Shown piece after piece: positions 11,053 through 21,875 of a stretch of DNA of 64,000 nt; position 1 is the first letter of the stretch, and every line of letters starts with the position of its first letter. Below the pieces are notes generated by a model, which was not told the DNA's origin, did no database searches, and saw only the letters and a list, made by a program, of their open reading frames with translations. A program made the position numbers and the translations under genes. This DNA comes from an uncultured Candidatus Binatia bacterium (lineage in GTDB: Bacteria > Desulfobacterota > Binatia > UBA9968 > CAXXLF01): assembly GCA_965218425.1 (NCBI GenBank), contig OZ244621.1, positions 4,224,001-4,288,000 of the forward strand, given 5' to 3'.

Positions 11053-11226
11053 TTTCTGATGTTCCGGTACCGCAACCTACCCAATGCCCACTGTCTTTCT
11101 CTACCTTTTTCCCTCTTCTCCCAACACTCAACACTGAACACTGAATTCTTGATAGTTCACTGCATACTGCCCACTGCCCCCTATCCCCCACCCCCTACAC
11201 CCAACTCCCTGCACCTATACATGGGC

Positions 11227-11254
11227 TTGACATTAGGGGCCACCTAAATATACT
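11227..11254 (+). promoter_or_regulatory. Putative sigma70 promoter for Rieske/SBP/permease operon
   Basis: TTGACA-N16-TATACT, with a TTAGG-N5-CCTAA palindrome in the spacer. Confidence 0.55.
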
Positions 11255-11362
11255 GCTCGGGTTCATTAGCTTTACCGGCGACTCGGCTTATCGCCTGCAT
11301 AGGTGGAAGTCAACTATTTGGTACCGCCTCGAGTTGGAGGCCCAAGGGAGGGTGAATACCTG

Positions 11363-12565
11363 ATGCTCACTAGGGAAGATAACGAGTCATTGACCCGTGT
11401 GGGGCCCGGCACACCCATGGGCGAACTGCTCCGGCGCTACTGGCACCCGGTGGCTGTTGCAAATGAACTGACCGACGAAAACCCCACAAAGTTTGTTCGT
11501 ATCCTAGGGGAAAACCTGGTGCTGTTTCGCGATAAGACAGGCCGGGTGGGTCTCCTGGAGGACCGTTGTGCCCATCGTGGCGCTTCATTAGTTTACGGAC
11601 GGGTTGAGGAGCGGGGAATCGCCTGCGCCTATCACGGTTGGCTCTATGACACGCAGGGGAATTGTTTAGAAACTCCACCCGAACCTGCCGAGAGCAAATT
11701 CAGACTTACCATCAAGCAAAAGGCCTACCCGGTGCAGAAGCTCACTGGCCTGTACTGGGCGTACCTTGGGCCCATACCCGGCACAGCGCTCCCGAAGTAC
11801 GATGTTCTTGCGCGCACGGACGGCAAGCGGCGCATTAACGTCCACTCCATGCTGGATTGCAACTGGCTACAGACCGTGGAGAACTCCGTGGATCCGACTC
11901 ACGCGCCCATTCTGCACCAGGACACCGCGGGCCGCATCGCACGCCCGGTTAACACTACCCGCGGCTTCATCGACGACCAGCCCAGCTTCGAATTCTGGTT
12001 GGTGCCTTATGGGATCATGAAACGGCGTAACTTCCGCAATGGCGAGAGTGATGAGCACCCTCTCATCTTCCCCAACATACTGCGCACTGGTGGAACTGCC
12101 CAAATCCGAGTACCCGTGGACGACACCCACACATGGCGGGTGGACGTCAACTTCCAGCCGACCCCGGACGGGAGCGAAGATCCCTCCGCTGAGGAGCCCG
12201 TGGTAGTCTACCGGGAGCCCTACAAAGATCCGCCCGATCGCCGGCATCCATTCGCCCGCTGGAAGATGGACACCGTCGCGCAGCAGGACCACATGGCATG
12301 GGAGACTCAGGGGCCCATAGCCGACCGGACCGTTGAGCGCCTCAGCCATTCGGACCGGGCCGTCGTGTTCCTGCGCCAGCTCATGCTGGAGAACATCGAG
12401 AAGGTAAGGCGGGGCATGGACCCCTTCGCTGTGATCCGCGATCCAGATCATCCCATTATCGATACGAGCACGTCACAGGATCTTCATTTCAGCGGCGGAA
12501 AAACGGGGGCGGGTCGTCCCTATGGCCTCACCACCGGAACCGTGGCCCCCCGCGCCCGGCAGTAA
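11363..12565 (+). CDS. Rieske non-heme iron oxygenase alpha subunit (phthalate 4,5-dioxygenase-like)
   Basis: CAHR...CAYHGW Rieske motif, ENSVDPTHAPILH mononuclear Fe motif, and QD...WETQG. Confidence 0.9.
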   Translation: MLTREDNESLTRVGPGTPMGELLRRYWHPVAVANELTDENPTKFVRILGENLVLFRDKTGRVGLLEDRCAHRGASLVYGRVEERGIACAYHGWLYDTQGNCLETPPEPAESKFRLTIKQKAYPVQKLTGLYWAYLGPIPGTALPKYDVLARTDGKRRINVHSMLDCNWLQTVENSVDPTHAPILHQDTAGRIARPVNTTRGFIDDQPSFEFWLVPYGIMKRRNFRNGESDEHPLIFPNILRTGGTAQIRVPVDDTHTWRVDVNFQPTPDGSEDPSAEEPVVVYREPYKDPPDRRHPFARWKMDTVAQQDHMAWETQGPIADRTVERLSHSDRAVVFLRQLMLENIEKVRRGMDPFAVIRDPDHPIIDTSTSQDLHFSGGKTGAGRPYGLTTGTVAPRARQ

Positions 12566-12645
12566 GGACAGTGCGGCCAGTGCAGCTAGCGCCCCCACTG
12601 GCAACGAGAGGAGTTTTTGACGAAGTTCGAGGAGGTTTCGCTGTT

Positions 12646-13965
12646 ATGAGAATGAAACGAGGACTTATAACCAAGGTTGGATATTTAGTGATAACGTTTG
12701 CCCTATTGCCGATCTGGCCGACACGGGCGACCGTGAGGGAGACCCGAGCCGCCGAGCCGGATGCCAAATTCCAGGCCAAGTGGAAAGCGTTGATCAAGGC
12801 GGCTAAAGGCGAAGGCAAGATGGTTTCCGTTACCACGGGCCGCGGCGGCCTGGAGATGGCACCGATTTTAAGAACATTTTCAAAAAAGTTTGGTGTCAGG
12901 GTGGTGATATCGCGTGGCTCGGGCCGGGAACAGGCCAATCGGGTTTTGGCGGAGCAACGCGCGGGCCGGTTCACCGTGGATACGATCCAGACAGGCAAGT
13001 CCACAATGAACTTGCGCTATGTCCCCAACAAGGCCCTCCAGCCCATCGAGCCTCTTCTCTTCCACCCTGAAGTGGTGGACAAGTCCAATTGGTACGGGAA
13101 CCAGTTTTGGTACGTGGACGCGCCCCAGCGGTACATCTTTGTCTACGCTGCCGACCTGGACTGCGAGGGAGGCGTCAGCACTAGCGTTTGGTGGAACACC
13201 AAATTGGTGAGCGTGAAAGAGGCAGCGTCATGGAAGAGCGATTGGGATATCCTGAGCGAGAAGTACGCGGGGAGGTTGGTGGTGAGAAGCCCCTTGGATG
13301 CTGGCGCCATGGGAAACATCGCCGGTACCTATGTTGAAAGGGGCCCCAATTACCTGCAGCGCCTGTACGGAGACCCCACGCTCAAGATCTTTTACACCAA
13401 CGACGTCAACGTCATGACCGACGGCATCGCGAAGGGGCGTTTTCACGTGGGGATCAGCATGGGCCGCCACGGGCTAAACAGGCTCCGTGACTTCGGTGCG
13501 CCGGTGCAAGACTACAGGACTGCAGCGAACGAAAACGGCTGGAAGGCGGGCGAAGATTTGTGCGACCTCACGGATCACGGCATAGACGGAACCATCACCG
13601 TTGCCCGGAACAATCCCCATCGAAACGCAACGAAGCTCTTTTTGAACTGGCTTTTGAGTCGTGAAGGGCAAACCCTCATTCAGGCCACAAAGAAAGTCGA
13701 AAGCCTGCGACCGGACGGGTTGCACACACGCCAGACGCTGCGTACAGACGGGATTCCGCCCGGCCTGGTGGACCCAGTTACCGCGTTCAGCTACGACAAG
13801 GAGTTCATTGGGCTTGACTTTGATCCCAACGCCGAGAAGCTGCGGGAGGCCGTGACCAAGTGGGTGCGAGCCATTCACCGGGAGGCGTACTTCGGGGGCC
13901 CTTCAGCACCTCCACCGCCCGGGTTGCCGGAAAAGTTCGGAGAGTTCAAAAAGTACTGGCGCTAG
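12646..13965 (+). CDS. ABC transporter solute-binding protein
   Basis: Signal-like N-terminus, WKALIKAAKGEG, and PHRNATKLFLNWLLSREGQ. Confidence 0.82.
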   Translation: MRMKRGLITKVGYLVITFALLPIWPTRATVRETRAAEPDAKFQAKWKALIKAAKGEGKMVSVTTGRGGLEMAPILRTFSKKFGVRVVISRGSGREQANRVLAEQRAGRFTVDTIQTGKSTMNLRYVPNKALQPIEPLLFHPEVVDKSNWYGNQFWYVDAPQRYIFVYAADLDCEGGVSTSVWWNTKLVSVKEAASWKSDWDILSEKYAGRLVVRSPLDAGAMGNIAGTYVERGPNYLQRLYGDPTLKIFYTNDVNVMTDGIAKGRFHVGISMGRHGLNRLRDFGAPVQDYRTAANENGWKAGEDLCDLTDHGIDGTITVARNNPHRNATKLFLNWLLSREGQTLIQATKKVESLRPDGLHTRQTLRTDGIPPGLVDPVTAFSYDKEFIGLDFDPNAEKLREAVTKWVRAIHREAYFGGPSAPPPPGLPEKFGEFKKYWR

Positions 13966-14019
13966 TTCCCGGTGCGGCTCCGGTTGGTCAACCCCATGGA
14001 GTGAGCTAGGAGAAGACTC

Positions 14020-15801
14020 TTGAACACCGCCACCAGAGCGCGTTTCCCGGCCCTCCAATGGTTCAAGCCCGAGAAGGGCACCTACATCGTTGTTTGCCTG
14101 ATCCTGGTCCTGGGTTTTTTTCTCATCTACCCCGTCTTCCTGATCCTGGGCCTTAGTTTCAATACAGCCGCACATTTCTTCGTGGGAGAGCCTAAATGGG
14201 GCCTGGACAATTGGCGGATTGCCTTCACCCAACCCGGTCTGTTGCAGGCCCTTTTCAATACCGTCTGGCTCTGGGTCCTGTCAGCCGCCGTGTCGTTTCC
14301 CGTGGCCATCGCTACCGCGTGGCTGCTGGCGCGGACCCGGCTCCCCTTCAGCCACGGCCTCGAGTTCCTGTTCTGGGTGGCCTATGTCACGCCGGGAGGG
14401 TTGATCGCCTGGATCATGCTCCTCGACCCAAGCATTGGGCTCTTGAACGTGGGGCTCGAGATGCTTCCCTTCATCGACAAAGGACCCTTCAACATCTTCA
14501 GCATTCCAGGCATCATTTTTGTGAACGTTGTGGGCTCGGGGATTTCGGTGAAGGTGATGCTGCTAACGCCGGCGTTTCGGAATATGGATGCAGCACTTGA
14601 AGAGGCGGCCCGGGTTGGTGGGGCCACCAGCTTCCGGACCATGCTCAAGATCACGGTTCCCCTGATGATCTCCCCCATCGCCCTGGTCTTTGCTCTCCAA
14701 CTGGTAAAGATATTCAACAGCTTCGAGACCGAGCTGGTGCTCGGTTTGCCCATTGGCTTCTTTGTTTACTCCACAAAACTTTACGATCTCGTGCGCATGC
14801 ACGAGCCCCCGCTCTATGGGCAGGCCACCGCGCTGGCAAGCCTCACCCTGGTCCTCATCACGTTTATCATTCCGTTACAGCGCTGGATCCTTCAACGGCG
14901 CCGGTACACCACCATCACAGGAAACTTCAAGCCTGGACTGATCGACCTTGGGCCGTGGAAATGGCCGGCCTTTGGGGGGATTCTCTTCTATCACCTTTTC
15001 ACCACTTTTCTGCCCCTGGCCGTCATGCTTGTGGGAAGCTTCATGACCAGGGTGGGGTACTTCAATCTGAATCAAGTGTTTACTCTTAACCACTGGCGAT
15101 TCGTATTGAACGATCCGCTGTTCTTCACCGGTCTCAAAACAACTTTGATCATAGCTTCCACCACGGCCATCATCAGCCCGGTGCTCTTCTCCATAATCGC
15201 ATATATCATCGTGCGGACCCGGTGGCGCTTCCGCCTGGGCATCGACGGCGTGATATGGGTTTCCGCCGCCATCCCCGGCATGCTTTCCAGCCTCGGACTG
15301 CTCTTGATCTTTTTATGGACACCGGGTCTGAGTTTTTTCTATGGCACCATCTGGGCCCTGCTCGTTGTGGTCATTCTTCAGGGCAACACCACCGGGGTGA
15401 ATATTTCCAAAGGCTCCATCGTCCAGGTGGGATTCGAGATGGAAGAGGCCGCACGGGTCTCAGGCATGGGGTGGTTCGACACGTTTTTCAAGATATGGGT
15501 CCCGCTCTTGATGCCAACCCTGGCCCTGCTTGCCCTCTTGAATTTCAACATCGCGGCCGGCACCACCGCCAGCATCATCTTGCTGGCGTCGCGCGAGACC
15601 ATCACGGTTTCCATCCTGATCCTGGAGTGGCTGCTGCCCGGGGGAGGGCTGCGTGAGGCTGCGGCGGTGGCGCAGATCATCCTCGGGTTGATCACCTTGC
15701 TGACCGCATGTGCTCTTCGACGCTATAGCATCGCCAGGAGCGTGAGCAATGCATACAAGGACAAGGCCCGCACCGGACCGGAACAGGGATTTTTTGGCTA
15801 G
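14020..15801 (+). CDS. ABC transporter permease (FbpB-like, two fused membrane domains)
   Basis: Two EAA loops (LEEAARVGG, MEEAARVSG) and many TM helices. Confidence 0.9.
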   Translation: MNTATRARFPALQWFKPEKGTYIVVCLILVLGFFLIYPVFLILGLSFNTAAHFFVGEPKWGLDNWRIAFTQPGLLQALFNTVWLWVLSAAVSFPVAIATAWLLARTRLPFSHGLEFLFWVAYVTPGGLIAWIMLLDPSIGLLNVGLEMLPFIDKGPFNIFSIPGIIFVNVVGSGISVKVMLLTPAFRNMDAALEEAARVGGATSFRTMLKITVPLMISPIALVFALQLVKIFNSFETELVLGLPIGFFVYSTKLYDLVRMHEPPLYGQATALASLTLVLITFIIPLQRWILQRRRYTTITGNFKPGLIDLGPWKWPAFGGILFYHLFTTFLPLAVMLVGSFMTRVGYFNLNQVFTLNHWRFVLNDPLFFTGLKTTLIIASTTAIISPVLFSIIAYIIVRTRWRFRLGIDGVIWVSAAIPGMLSSLGLLLIFLWTPGLSFFYGTIWALLVVVILQGNTTGVNISKGSIVQVGFEMEEAARVSGMGWFDTFFKIWVPLLMPTLALLALLNFNIAAGTTASIILLASRETITVSILILEWLLPGGGLREAAAVAQIILGLITLLTACALRRYSIARSVSNAYKDKARTGPEQGFFG

Positions 15802-15949
15802 TCCGCGCAGAGGCGGGCTCCGGGATATGTCGAAATTCAAGACTCAAGACTCGACCGCATTGACAAACCACCAGAATAAAGGCGAATGAGAATTAAATTT
15901 CTAAGAACTGACGCCCATCAACACCCTCTTAACTTTCAGGAAAAACGCG

Positions 15950-16201
15950 TTGACTACGCCGACCCTGGCTCTGTTAGCGCTCCTGAGCTTCTTCATCGCC
16001 GCCAATACCACCGCCAGCATCATCTTGCTGGCCTCCCGGGAGACCATCACCGCCTCGATCCTCATTCTGGAATGGCTCTTCCCCGGAACAGGTCTCCGCG
16101 AGGCGACGGCGGTGGCACAGATCATTCTCGGTTCCATCACGCTTATTATCGCGCTGGTGGCGCGGCACTACGGCATCATCTTGGGCGTGCGACACAATTA
16201 G
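15950..16201 (+). pseudogene. Orphan C-terminal fragment of a paralogous ABC permease
   Basis: PTLALLALL...TTASIILLASRETIT...ILILEWL...LREA.AVAQIILG matches the C-terminus of 14020-15801. No N-terminal part is present. Confidence 0.75.
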
Positions 16202-16275
16202 GAAGGTTCGAGAAATTAAAACCCATAGACCCCATTGGTTCACCCGAAGCCAATCCACGTAAAGGAGACCAGACC

Positions 16276-17349
16276 ATGAAAAGTATACTTGATTTCATCA
16301 TAGTTCTGTTCTGTGGCATAGCCCTCACTTTAGCATGCCCGCTTCGGGCCTCCGCATCCACGTTCTATCAGGGCAAGACCATCGTTATAGCCCAGGGCGG
16401 AGGTAATCCCGGAGGTACTGCTGATGCCCGAACCCGTTCAGTGGTTCCGTACCTGCGCAAGCACATCCCGGGTAGTCCTAACATCGTTCTCCAGTACATG
16501 ACGGCCGCGGGCGGCATCATGCACGCAAATTACATGTCCAAGAGAGTCAAACGGGACGGACTAACCATCGGCGTGTTTCCATCCAGTGTCTTTGGCCATA
16601 GTGTCCTCGGCACACCCGGAGTCCAATATGACCTAAATGACTTTATATTCCTTGGTTCCCCTATTGGAGGTGGGGGCCCCTACACTTTAGTAATCCGACC
16701 GGAGTTAGGACTGGACACTGTGGAGAAGCTCAAGAGTCATAAAGGACTCCGTTTTGCCGCACGGTCCGTGGGACATACCATGTATATCCTTGGCCGGGTC
16801 ATGGCATTTGTGCTTGAGCTTCGGGAACCAAGATGGATCGTCGGGTACCAGAGTGCCGAGCTCGTGCCGGCACTAGAACGCGGCGAAGCTGACGCCAGAC
16901 CCAACAGCATTCCCTCCGTTCTCCGTCAAACACCGCACTGGTTGAAGGAAGGGTTTGGCTTCCCCATTGTTATGAAGGACGCGAAAGGGCGAGGTGCAGC
17001 GCAGGTGCCTGAATTTCCGCAGGGCCTGCCTGTGTTGGATCAATATGCCGATACGGAATTAAAGCGCGCCATCATCAATTTACGAAATGACATCAGGCCT
17101 GCGGGCAATGTTTTCATGGTTCCGAAAGGCACTCCGCCCGAGGCTTTGAATACCTTGCACGAAGCCTTTCGCAGGATTTGGGCGGACCCTCAGTTTGCCA
17201 AAGACTTTAAGAAATTGACCAAAGAGCCGGCAAATCCCACCACAGGAAAGACTATTGAGCAGGCGGTCCGAAGGATGCCCAAGGATCCGAAGCTCATATC
17301 GATTTACAAACAGATTGCAGGACCCGGGCCACTGCCTCCTAGCAGGTAG
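16276..17349 (+). CDS. TctC/Bug-family solute-binding protein
   Basis: Signal peptide, PGGTAD, MTAAGG and RDGLTIG. ATG follows AAGGAG. Confidence 0.8.
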   Translation: MKSILDFIIVLFCGIALTLACPLRASASTFYQGKTIVIAQGGGNPGGTADARTRSVVPYLRKHIPGSPNIVLQYMTAAGGIMHANYMSKRVKRDGLTIGVFPSSVFGHSVLGTPGVQYDLNDFIFLGSPIGGGGPYTLVIRPELGLDTVEKLKSHKGLRFAARSVGHTMYILGRVMAFVLELREPRWIVGYQSAELVPALERGEADARPNSIPSVLRQTPHWLKEGFGFPIVMKDAKGRGAAQVPEFPQGLPVLDQYADTELKRAIINLRNDIRPAGNVFMVPKGTPPEALNTLHEAFRRIWADPQFAKDFKKLTKEPANPTTGKTIEQAVRRMPKDPKLISIYKQIAGPGPLPPSR

Positions 17350-17402
17350 TGATCGAACTACGTCTGACTTATATGAGAGCGATCAACGCCAGGAGATAAG
17401 TA

Positions 17403-18443
17403 ATGTTAAAAATCGATACCGACACTCATTTTACCCCACTTGACGCATTTGACGAGGTGGATCCCGCCTATGCGGACGTAGGGCCCCATTTTGTCAAGCT
17501 TCCTGATGGCAAATTCAGGATCATCAATAAGTCACGTGACCAAATCAGACCAGACCACTTAAAACCCGTAAGGCACGTGGGCCACAACCCGAGCGACTTC
17601 GATATAGAGGTGAGACTTAACGCCATGGATGAATGTGGCTTCGACATGCAAGTCCTCATTCCCAACAACTCACCCTTTTACTATGACATCGACCCTATGT
17701 TGGGAGCGAGCGTATGTCGCTCCTTCAACAAAGCAATTGCCAAGATTCTCAAAAATCATCCTAAACGCTTCATCGGAACTGCACCCGTTCCCCTCCAGGA
17801 TACACGCTTGGCCATTCAGGAAATGGATTATGCAATCAAAGAGCTTGAACTCAGTGGCGTGATCATTTACCAGAATTTAAACGGCAAAGACTTGGATGCC
17901 GAATCGATATGGCCCGTTTACGAGAGGGCTGAGAAGTTAGGAATACCCCTTCTTGTGCACGGTTGTGACAGCGGCCCTCTCCTTGGGGTTGAGAGGTACG
18001 CTCGGTACAATCTCGACGTTCCTCTCGGGTTTGCTTTTGAGGTCTTCATGGCAATCTCCACCTTAATCTGCGGGGGAGTGGTCGAGAGATTTCCGAATCT
18101 TAAATTCGGTTTCTTCGAAGTGGGGGCGGGTTTCGTTCCATGGCTGGTGGATCGCCTGGAGACAGCTTATGAAGCGAGACCTGCAGTAAGAGCGAAAAAC
18201 TCGTTGAAGCCGAGAGAATGTTTTGAAAACTTTTTCTTCTCCCTAGGAGCCGATGATACCACATTGCCCCACGTGGTGGACCGAATGGGCAGTGGTCATC
18301 TCATGGTCGGGAGCGACTATCCGCACTCGGATGGAACCCATCCCGACACGATCAAAATGATAGAAGCGAACCGGGCGCTCAACAAAATAGACAAGGAAAA
18401 ACTCATAGGTGGGGCAGCGTCGGCGTTCTTCGGTTTAGATTGA
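17403..18443 (+). CDS. Amidohydrolase_2 family protein (ACMSD/LigW-like decarboxylase/hydrolase)
   Basis: IDTDTH, LLVHG and GSDYPH motifs. Confidence 0.85.
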   Translation: MLKIDTDTHFTPLDAFDEVDPAYADVGPHFVKLPDGKFRIINKSRDQIRPDHLKPVRHVGHNPSDFDIEVRLNAMDECGFDMQVLIPNNSPFYYDIDPMLGASVCRSFNKAIAKILKNHPKRFIGTAPVPLQDTRLAIQEMDYAIKELELSGVIIYQNLNGKDLDAESIWPVYERAEKLGIPLLVHGCDSGPLLGVERYARYNLDVPLGFAFEVFMAISTLICGGVVERFPNLKFGFFEVGAGFVPWLVDRLETAYEARPAVRAKNSLKPRECFENFFFSLGADDTTLPHVVDRMGSGHLMVGSDYPHSDGTHPDTIKMIEANRALNKIDKEKLIGGAASAFFGLD

Positions 18444-18670
18444 CGGCGGCGATTCACGGGGTTCACTTAACCCCTCCCAGAAAGTGAAGGGTGGAGTGAT
18501 TGGTAAGACCATAAGGCCTGAACCTGGCGGCCCGTGCGGACAACACTCAATTATTTCGATTTTTTCGCACTCCATTCTTTCATGGCAGCCATAGCACTCT
18601 TAACGACCCCCTCCTCATGGGGCCTTATCTTGCAGCTTTTATCGTAGGCATTGTACCGTGATGCGGCTCC

Positions 18671-20449
18671 TCAATGTCCGGTGATGCGTTGTTTATGTTG
18701 CACGGACACGCGCAAGCCAAAGACGCGGGCGATTACCGCCAGCCCCACCGTGAAGGTCATAATGAGCAGGCTGATAATGCTCGCCTCTTCGTACTGGCTG
18801 ATGGCCGGCGAGGCAAATTCCAGGGCGAGCAATGAGAGTGTCATGGTGTCACGGGAGGCCAACAAGATGATACTGCTCGTGGTCCCCGCAGCAATGACAA
18901 AGTTCAAGGTCGCCAGCAGGATCAACGACGGCATGAGCAGCGGTATCCATATCCTGAAGAAGGTCCTGACCCAGCCGGCGCCGCTCACCCGTGCGGCCTC
19001 TTCCATATCAGTGCCGATCTGGATGAAGACGCCCTTGAGGATATTGACTCCGGTGGTGTTGCCCTGGATCACAACCACCAGAATCAACGCCCAAATGGTG
19101 CCGAAAAGAAACTTGAGGGGTCTGATATCGGTACCGGGAATGTTCCCGATGAACATCCACAACAGCCCCAACCCCAAAAGGATGCCGGGAATAGCCGCCG
19201 AGCCCCAGATGATGGAGTCGAGGGCGACACGGCCCTTCCAGCGCGTGCGCACGAGAATATACGCGATGACGGAGAACAAAAGCGGGCTCAAAATAGCAGC
19301 GGTCAACGAGAGTTTTAACGTCGTGAACAACGCCTTCTGAAAAAGGGCGTCGGTAAACACGTTCACCCAGTGATCCACTGTCCAAACCGTGTTCAGAAAG
19401 AAGTATCCTGCCCGGGTCATGAAGCTCCCCATGACGAGCACAAGAGATGGAGCAATCGTCAGTAAAACTATGAGAACTGCAATTCCACTGAACACCACGA
19501 ACTTCCATCCGCCCAGGTCGATGAGACCTGGCTTGAAGTTCCCTGTGATTGTCGTGTAGCGGTGTCGCTGGATGATCCAACGTTGCGTGGGGAGGATGAA
19601 GGCGATCACCAACAGCGTGAGGCTCGCCAGCACCGTCGCATGGCCATAGTCAGGGACAGGTTGCCGGACCAGGTCGAAGATCTTCGTCGAATACACGTAG
19701 AATCCGAAGGGTTGGCCGAGCAGATACTCGGTTTCAAAGGACTGAAAGATTCTGAGCAACTGCAAGGCGAACACCAACGCCATGGGCGAGACCATGAGGG
19801 GCAAGGTCACGCGCACCATAGTCCGGAAGTTTGTTGCCCCGCCAACCCTCGCTGCTTCTTCCATGGCCGAGTCCATGTTCCGGAATGCGGGAGTGAGGAG
19901 CATGACCTTGATGGAGATGCCGTTAGCCATCAGGTGTGTCCAGACAATCCCCGGTACGCTAAAGACGTTAAAGGGCCCGTCCTCCACGAATGGAAGCTTC
20001 TCCACCAAGGTATTCAGAAAGCCGATGTCCGGGTCAAGCACCGTGATCCACGCGATGGTCGTGGAGATACTCGGCATCATAAACGAGACCCAGAAAAGGA
20101 ACTCGAAATGGTGGCTCCATGGGATGTTGGTCCGCGCAAGGGTCCAGGAGATCAGTACCGCCACGGGAAAGCTGATGCCAACCAAAAAAAACCAGATCAG
20201 AAAACTGTTGAACAGTGAAACCAGCAGACCCGGAGCCTGCCACGCGGTTTGCCAGTTGGCCACACCCCAGGTGTAGGGATCCACAAACCAGTCACGGGCG
20301 GTGTTAAAGCTGTTCACCAGTAGCAGGAGAGTCGGTACGGTCAGATACATGCCCACCGTCAGGAAGATCGCCGCCATGACGAAAAACGAGGCGCCTGGCG
20401 TTTTCAGCTCGGTGGGCAGTATCGATGCAAGCGGTCGGGCCAACTGCAT
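18671..20449 (-). CDS. ABC transporter permease (FbpB-like)
   Basis: Two EAA loops; paralogue of 14020-15801. Confidence 0.9.
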   Translation of the reverse strand: MQLARPLASILPTELKTPGASFFVMAAIFLTVGMYLTVPTLLLLVNSFNTARDWFVDPYTWGVANWQTAWQAPGLLVSLFNSFLIWFFLVGISFPVAVLISWTLARTNIPWSHHFEFLFWVSFMMPSISTTIAWITVLDPDIGFLNTLVEKLPFVEDGPFNVFSVPGIVWTHLMANGISIKVMLLTPAFRNMDSAMEEAARVGGATNFRTMVRVTLPLMVSPMALVFALQLLRIFQSFETEYLLGQPFGFYVYSTKIFDLVRQPVPDYGHATVLASLTLLVIAFILPTQRWIIQRHRYTTITGNFKPGLIDLGGWKFVVFSGIAVLIVLLTIAPSLVLVMGSFMTRAGYFFLNTVWTVDHWVNVFTDALFQKALFTTLKLSLTAAILSPLLFSVIAYILVRTRWKGRVALDSIIWGSAAIPGILLGLGLLWMFIGNIPGTDIRPLKFLFGTIWALILVVVIQGNTTGVNILKGVFIQIGTDMEEAARVSGAGWVRTFFRIWIPLLMPSLILLATLNFVIAAGTTSSIILLASRDTMTLSLLALEFASPAISQYEEASIISLLIMTFTVGLAVIARVFGLRVSVQHKQRITGH

Positions 20450-20582
20450 GGGCGTTCCTTCGCGTTGTTCCTACCGTCTTCTCTCTAGCTCATTGACCGT
20501 ACAGGTTGGCTCCCTCGCCGCAGTGGACAACCGGGTTCCCGCACAGGCGAGATTAACCCCACCCACCGAAACTCAGACCGGG

Positions 20583-21785
20583 CTAACGTTTCTGCGGCTT
20601 GCGGAAGATCTTACGTGCTTTTATGATGGCGTCGTCCCGGCGCGACGCGAACTGCGGGTCGGCGTTCAGATAGAGATACTTAACACCAGGCTCACGGCAT
20701 TCGCGTGGGTCGACCTTCCCGGTGCATGGGACGTCCTCGCGCAGAGTCGGGTCCGGGGAGCCTTCGGAGATTTGGTGCTTAAGGGTTTGGCCCTCCTTGC
20801 TCAGGAACCAATTGATGAAGAGTTTTGCGGCATTTGGGTGCGGCGCATTCTTGGCAAATTCGATATTGTCTCCGGCGGCCGCTCCACTCAAGGTGGGGGC
20901 TTCTTTGAAGGGTTTGTTCATTCGCTTGGCGCGCACGCCTTGCCTGATCAGCCTATCCAAATCACGCCGGCAAGAGCCTATGGAAACCCCGAAGGCGAAT
21001 TTGCCCTTTGCTATGCCGTCCACGATGAGCTTGCAGTTGTCCGTGAACGTCACCCCATGAGCCGGGTCAAACCACCGCTGGACCCACTCTTCGCCCACAT
21101 CGGGGTGCACCATGTAAGTGTAATAGCCCGCCACCTGATCGCTGAGCGCGCCAATGGCTACCAGTTTTCCCTTCCACTTCGGGTCGAGGTAGTCAAACAC
21201 AGAGTTCATAGAATCGATGTCGGCCTGGCTCACCCTGTCGATATTGTAGCGCATGCCGAGATTGAATGGCGACGCGTAGGCCCCGTGGTTCAGAACGAAT
21301 GTCTTGGTATCGGTATCGGCAAAAAACAACCGGCCCCTGAACCATTTTTTTCCATCGAGTACACTAGGGTGAATCAAGAGGGGTCGCAGCGGGGCAAGGC
21401 CACCTCCAGCGTGCAATCGCAAAGCCCCCGCGTCGCCGATCTGGATCACGTCTGCGGTATAGACCCCGGCCCGGTTTTCCGCCAGGAGCCGGTTGACTTG
21501 ATCGGTGCCAGAACCGGTGGACACAATCGACTTGACGCCAAACTTTTTGTCAAAGGCCTTGATAACGGGACGATACTGCCTGCTCGCTGAACCGCCCAAC
21601 ACGTGAACTATCGTTCCTTCTGCCTGCGCGGCCTTGATGAGCTTCGCCCACTCGTCATTGAACGATTTCGATTGCGCTGTTTGGGCGAGTGCCAGACGCG
21701 GAACCGGGTTTACCGAGAGGCCGAAGAACACGACCAGAATCGCGACTGCAGCACTCAGGAAGTTCACCGTTGTTAGCCTTTTCAT
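20583..21785 (-). CDS. ABC transporter solute-binding protein
   Basis: Signal peptide and APHPNAAKLFINWFLSKEGQ. ATG follows GGAGGAG. Confidence 0.85.
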   Translation of the reverse strand: MKRLTTVNFLSAAVAILVVFFGLSVNPVPRLALAQTAQSKSFNDEWAKLIKAAQAEGTIVHVLGGSASRQYRPVIKAFDKKFGVKSIVSTGSGTDQVNRLLAENRAGVYTADVIQIGDAGALRLHAGGGLAPLRPLLIHPSVLDGKKWFRGRLFFADTDTKTFVLNHGAYASPFNLGMRYNIDRVSQADIDSMNSVFDYLDPKWKGKLVAIGALSDQVAGYYTYMVHPDVGEEWVQRWFDPAHGVTFTDNCKLIVDGIAKGKFAFGVSIGSCRRDLDRLIRQGVRAKRMNKPFKEAPTLSGAAAGDNIEFAKNAPHPNAAKLFINWFLSKEGQTLKHQISEGSPDPTLREDVPCTGKVDPRECREPGVKYLYLNADPQFASRRDDAIIKARKIFRKPQKR

Positions 21786-21875
21786 CGCTCCTCCTATTCT
21801 GCCCCTTAATTGGGCCATGTGTCTTTCCGCTATTGCCACATTCTTGTCTAGTAACCAGATTTGAAATAGCTAGGT

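Noticed and set aside
15886..16275. N-terminal extension of the 487-aa ORF
   Set aside because: It overlaps the permease fragment in another frame. The real start is ATG 16276, with RBS and signal peptide.
20301..21590. 429-aa plus-strand ORF (likewise 52772-54070, 38459-39238, 5817-6617 and many shorter ones)
   Set aside because: These are antisense shadows of well-supported genes in GC-rich coding DNA and carry no motifs of their own.
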